A stretch of 54,598 nucleotides of DNA from Thermodesulfobacteriota bacterium. GTDB taxonomy: Bacteria; Desulfobacterota; Desulfobacteria; Desulfobacterales; Desulfobacteraceae. Below, one piece after another: positions 52,933 to 54,598 of the stretch (within the stretch, counting starts at the first letter, position 1; every line of letters starts with the position of its first letter). Under the pieces are notes generated by a model. It saw nothing but the letters and a program-made list of their open reading frames with translations. It made no database searches and was not told the origin of the DNA. The DNA lies in the NCBI GenBank assembly GCA_034660495.1, contig JAYEJJ010000221.1, positions 23,549 through 78,146 on the forward strand, given 5' to 3'. A program made the translations under genes and the position numbers.

Positions 52933-53199
52933 ATGTCTAATCATAGTGGTAGTTATATGCTAAACGATGTACTCAGGATGCTTGAAAAGAAAGAGATTTT
53001 TGATTTTCTAGGCAAAGAAAAAACACAGGATTTGGTTCTTAACGTACTTAAAATGTCATATCAATATGATTGCAATCCAGGAGAAATATTGGAAGATATT
53101 GGAGAACGTGTTGGAATATGCTATTACTGCCAAAGTCCAGCGGAAAAGTTCCATGATGGGATATGTGAAAAATGTTACAAAAAGGATTTTGAAGGATAG
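52933..53199 (+). CDS. Hypothetical small protein with a C-terminal CxxC...CxxC zinc-ribbon-like motif
   Basis: GAGGAG RBS. ICYYCQSPAEKFHDGICEKCY. AT-rich local context. Confidence 0.5.
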   Translation: MSNHSGSYMLNDVLRMLEKKEIFDFLGKEKTQDLVLNVLKMSYQYDCNPGEILEDIGERVGICYYCQSPAEKFHDGICEKCYKKDFEG

Positions 53200-53345
53200 A
53201 TTGCCTAACCGGCTACTCCGCTACCGTTACGGAATTACGTGGAAATATTTATAAACTGCTGGATGAAGTGCTGAATTCCGGAGTCCCACTAGAAGAGAAG
53301 GCCTGCGTATTTAAGGAAGCCCCTGAGTTTTTAGCTCAGGGGTAA
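53193..53345 (+). pseudogene. Start-less fragment resembling the N-terminus of a Phd/YefM-type antitoxin
   Basis: TVTELRGNIYKLLDEVLNSGVPLE matches the ELR-NLY-LLDEV-TGEPLEI pattern and then diverges. There is no start codon in frame. Confidence 0.35.
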
Positions 53346-53386
53346 TTGACCTTAAGGACCTTAGGCAGCAAGTGAAAATAACTTAC

Positions 53387-53496
53387 GAGTGTACCCTTTT
53401 TTGATTATGCGGATTGAATTGTTGCCATGAAACCTCACCCCCCGGCCCCCTCTCCATGATTGGAGAGGGGGAGAATAATTCAAAAAGGGTACACTC
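53387..53496. repeat. Nested palindrome
   Basis: Outer arms gagtgtacccttttttga / ttcaaaaagggtacactc. Inner hairpin ccccctctccatgattggagaggggg. Confidence 0.8.
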
Positions 53497-53550
53497 ATTA
53501 AGGATACCTTTTGTTCATTTAAGTGATTTACCTGTGCTGGAGACTATACT

Positions 53551-53757
53551 GTGTCTTTTTTTGCCAAAGATTATTACAGCAACTCAGCGGTTTTCAGTGC
53601 CATTACGGTAACAGCACAGGGCAAAGATGCGTGCGTTGAAGTTGAGCCTGTTCCGGATAATGAAACGGCAACTACTGTTCCTTCAAGGTTTGATTGTCGG
53701 GCTTATGTTTTCCCTTTTTCCATTGATCAAAAGATGATCAATAATGATGAGTTATAA
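53551..53757 (+). CDS. Hypothetical protein (68 aa)
   Basis: GTG start 7 nt after GGAGA. No recognisable family. Confidence 0.3.
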   Translation: MSFFAKDYYSNSAVFSAITVTAQGKDACVEVEPVPDNETATTVPSRFDCRAYVFPFSIDQKMINNDEL

Positions 53758-53791
53758 CAACCCGATGACTTAACCTTGAACAAGCACTTCT

Positions 53792-54034
53792 TTAATTCTC
53801 ATTTTTTTTCTTTTTTTCAAGAAAACTCTCGATTTCTTTTATTGAAAGTCCACTGAGCCTCTCTTCTAGTTTAAGTCCACTGAGCCTCTCTTCTGGTTTA
53901 AGCCCGCTGAGCCTTTTTTCCGGCTCAAACTTTGATAAAATATCTTCCGGCTCAAACTTTGATAGAATATCTTCCGGACTAAAGCGCTTAATTACATCAT
54001 CCACTTTAAGACTTGCCATAAAAAACTCATGCAT
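53792..54034 (-). pseudogene. C-terminal fragment of an Rpn/YhgA-like (DUF4351-type tail) gene
   Basis: The tandem PEDILSKFE / PEERLSGLK repeats and SIKEIESFLEK ending are typical of that family's C-terminus. The ORF begins immediately beside P3 copy 3. Confidence 0.45.
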
Positions 54035-54039
54035 TTCTT

Positions 54040-54144
54040 GGCATCCTTCATATCAGCATAAAAGTACTTTACACTTTTTCAGTAAAACCACCTTTAAATT
54101 AAGGAATGGTTTCAGAAAGTGTAAAGTACTTATGAAGGATGCCC
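54040..54144. repeat. Long asymmetric palindrome (P3), copy 3
   Basis: Arms ggcatccttcatatcagcataaaagtactttacacttttt / cagaaagtgtaaagtacttatgaaggatgccc. Confidence 0.8.
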
Positions 54145-54464
54145 ATTTCTTTACCGATATTCATAACATCTTCCGGTGTATAGCCACGTTTTTCCATGAT
54201 CTCAGCTCCTTTATGTTTTTTGTTAAAAATATTCCAAAGCCCTGAAAAAATAAAGAAAAGCTCGGCATTAGTATCAATATCTCCAGTTTCTATCAGTTCT
54301 TCAAAAGCCTTTTCCTTTTCTTTTTTTTTGCTTGCAAAACATTTAATGTACTGGTTATGAGCTGAATCAGACAGGTCATTTATTGAAATCAACTGCACAG
54401 GTGTTAACGCCGGCGTGGACGGCCACCACTTACGCCGGGGACGAAACGTCCCCACTTTGAGCAA
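54099..54464 (-). CDS. Hypothetical protein (121 aa); its 3' end runs into P3 copy 3
   Basis: Open frame only. The C-terminal GILHKYFTLSE is encoded by the repeat arm. No family recognised. Confidence 0.3.
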   Translation of the reverse strand: MLKVGTFRPRRKWWPSTPALTPVQLISINDLSDSAHNQYIKCFASKKKEKEKAFEELIETGDIDTNAELFFIFSGLWNIFNKKHKGAEIMEKRGYTPEDVMNIGKEMGILHKYFTLSETIP

Positions 54465-54598
54465 CTCTTTATTTTTATAGTATTATTTGAGAGATATTTG
54501 TTTCAGTTTTTTTACCTGTTGGAGCCATCTTTTGTTAATTTGCAACAAAATCTTTAAATTCTGCAAAAAAATTTACCCCAGCGCCCTGGCAGTATTAT

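Noticed and set aside
34679-54144. P3 palindromes as integron attC sites (small cassette-like ORFs and TA genes nearby)
   Set aside because: No RYYYAAC / GTTRRRY core sites lie at the arm ends, no intI gene or attI is in the window, and the arms are conserved in sequence rather than only in structure.

Overview
The window is mostly one large flagellar gene region. Gene order and promoter types suggest a Desulfobacterota/deltaproteobacterial genome, but that is inference only. Layout on the + strand: fliK-flgD-flgE, a terminator, then a sigma-54-type promoter. This is followed by fliL-M-N-O-P-Q-R-flhB-flhA-flhF-flhG-fliA and six translationally coupled non-canonical genes (17112-23459), then a 1037-aa Ig-repeat secreted protein. 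Next come an flhB-C-terminal-like gene, a second sigma-54-type promoter, flgF-flgG-flgA-flgH-flgI-flgJ, and a small hicAB islet flanked by duplicated coiled-coil genes. After a sigma-28-type promoter come flgN-flgK-flgL-csrA-fliW. On the - strand lie fliD-fliS-orf-flaG. The last ~3.4 kb (51.2-54.6 kb) is an accessory tail of decayed toxin-antitoxin modules, Rpn-like nuclease remnants and long palindromes. I found no rRNA, tRNA, CRISPR array, intact transposase or flagellin gene. The most interesting observations are: (1) a second FliL-domain membrane protein whose ~490-aa acidic cytoplasmic arm carries 9-10 copies of the FliM/CheZ-type CheY-P docking peptide, encoded partly by near-identical 120-bp tandem repeats; (2) very large hook and junction proteins (FlgE 940 aa, FlgK 1424 aa, FlgL ~1695 aa with hexapeptide-periodic tracts and five repeated modules); (3) secreted Ig-repeat proteins translationally coupled to the fliA operon, one ending in a poly-Gly-Cys tail cut off exactly where a direct-repeat array with a G13 tract begins; (4) two ~165-nt structured elements in inverted orientation bracketing flgH, with compensatory base changes in their closing stem; (5) a dense family of mosaic hairpin repeats filling nearly every intergenic gap of the flagellar operons, including fliO-fliP. 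All family assignments come from motif recognition by eye and need HMM/BLAST confirmation.
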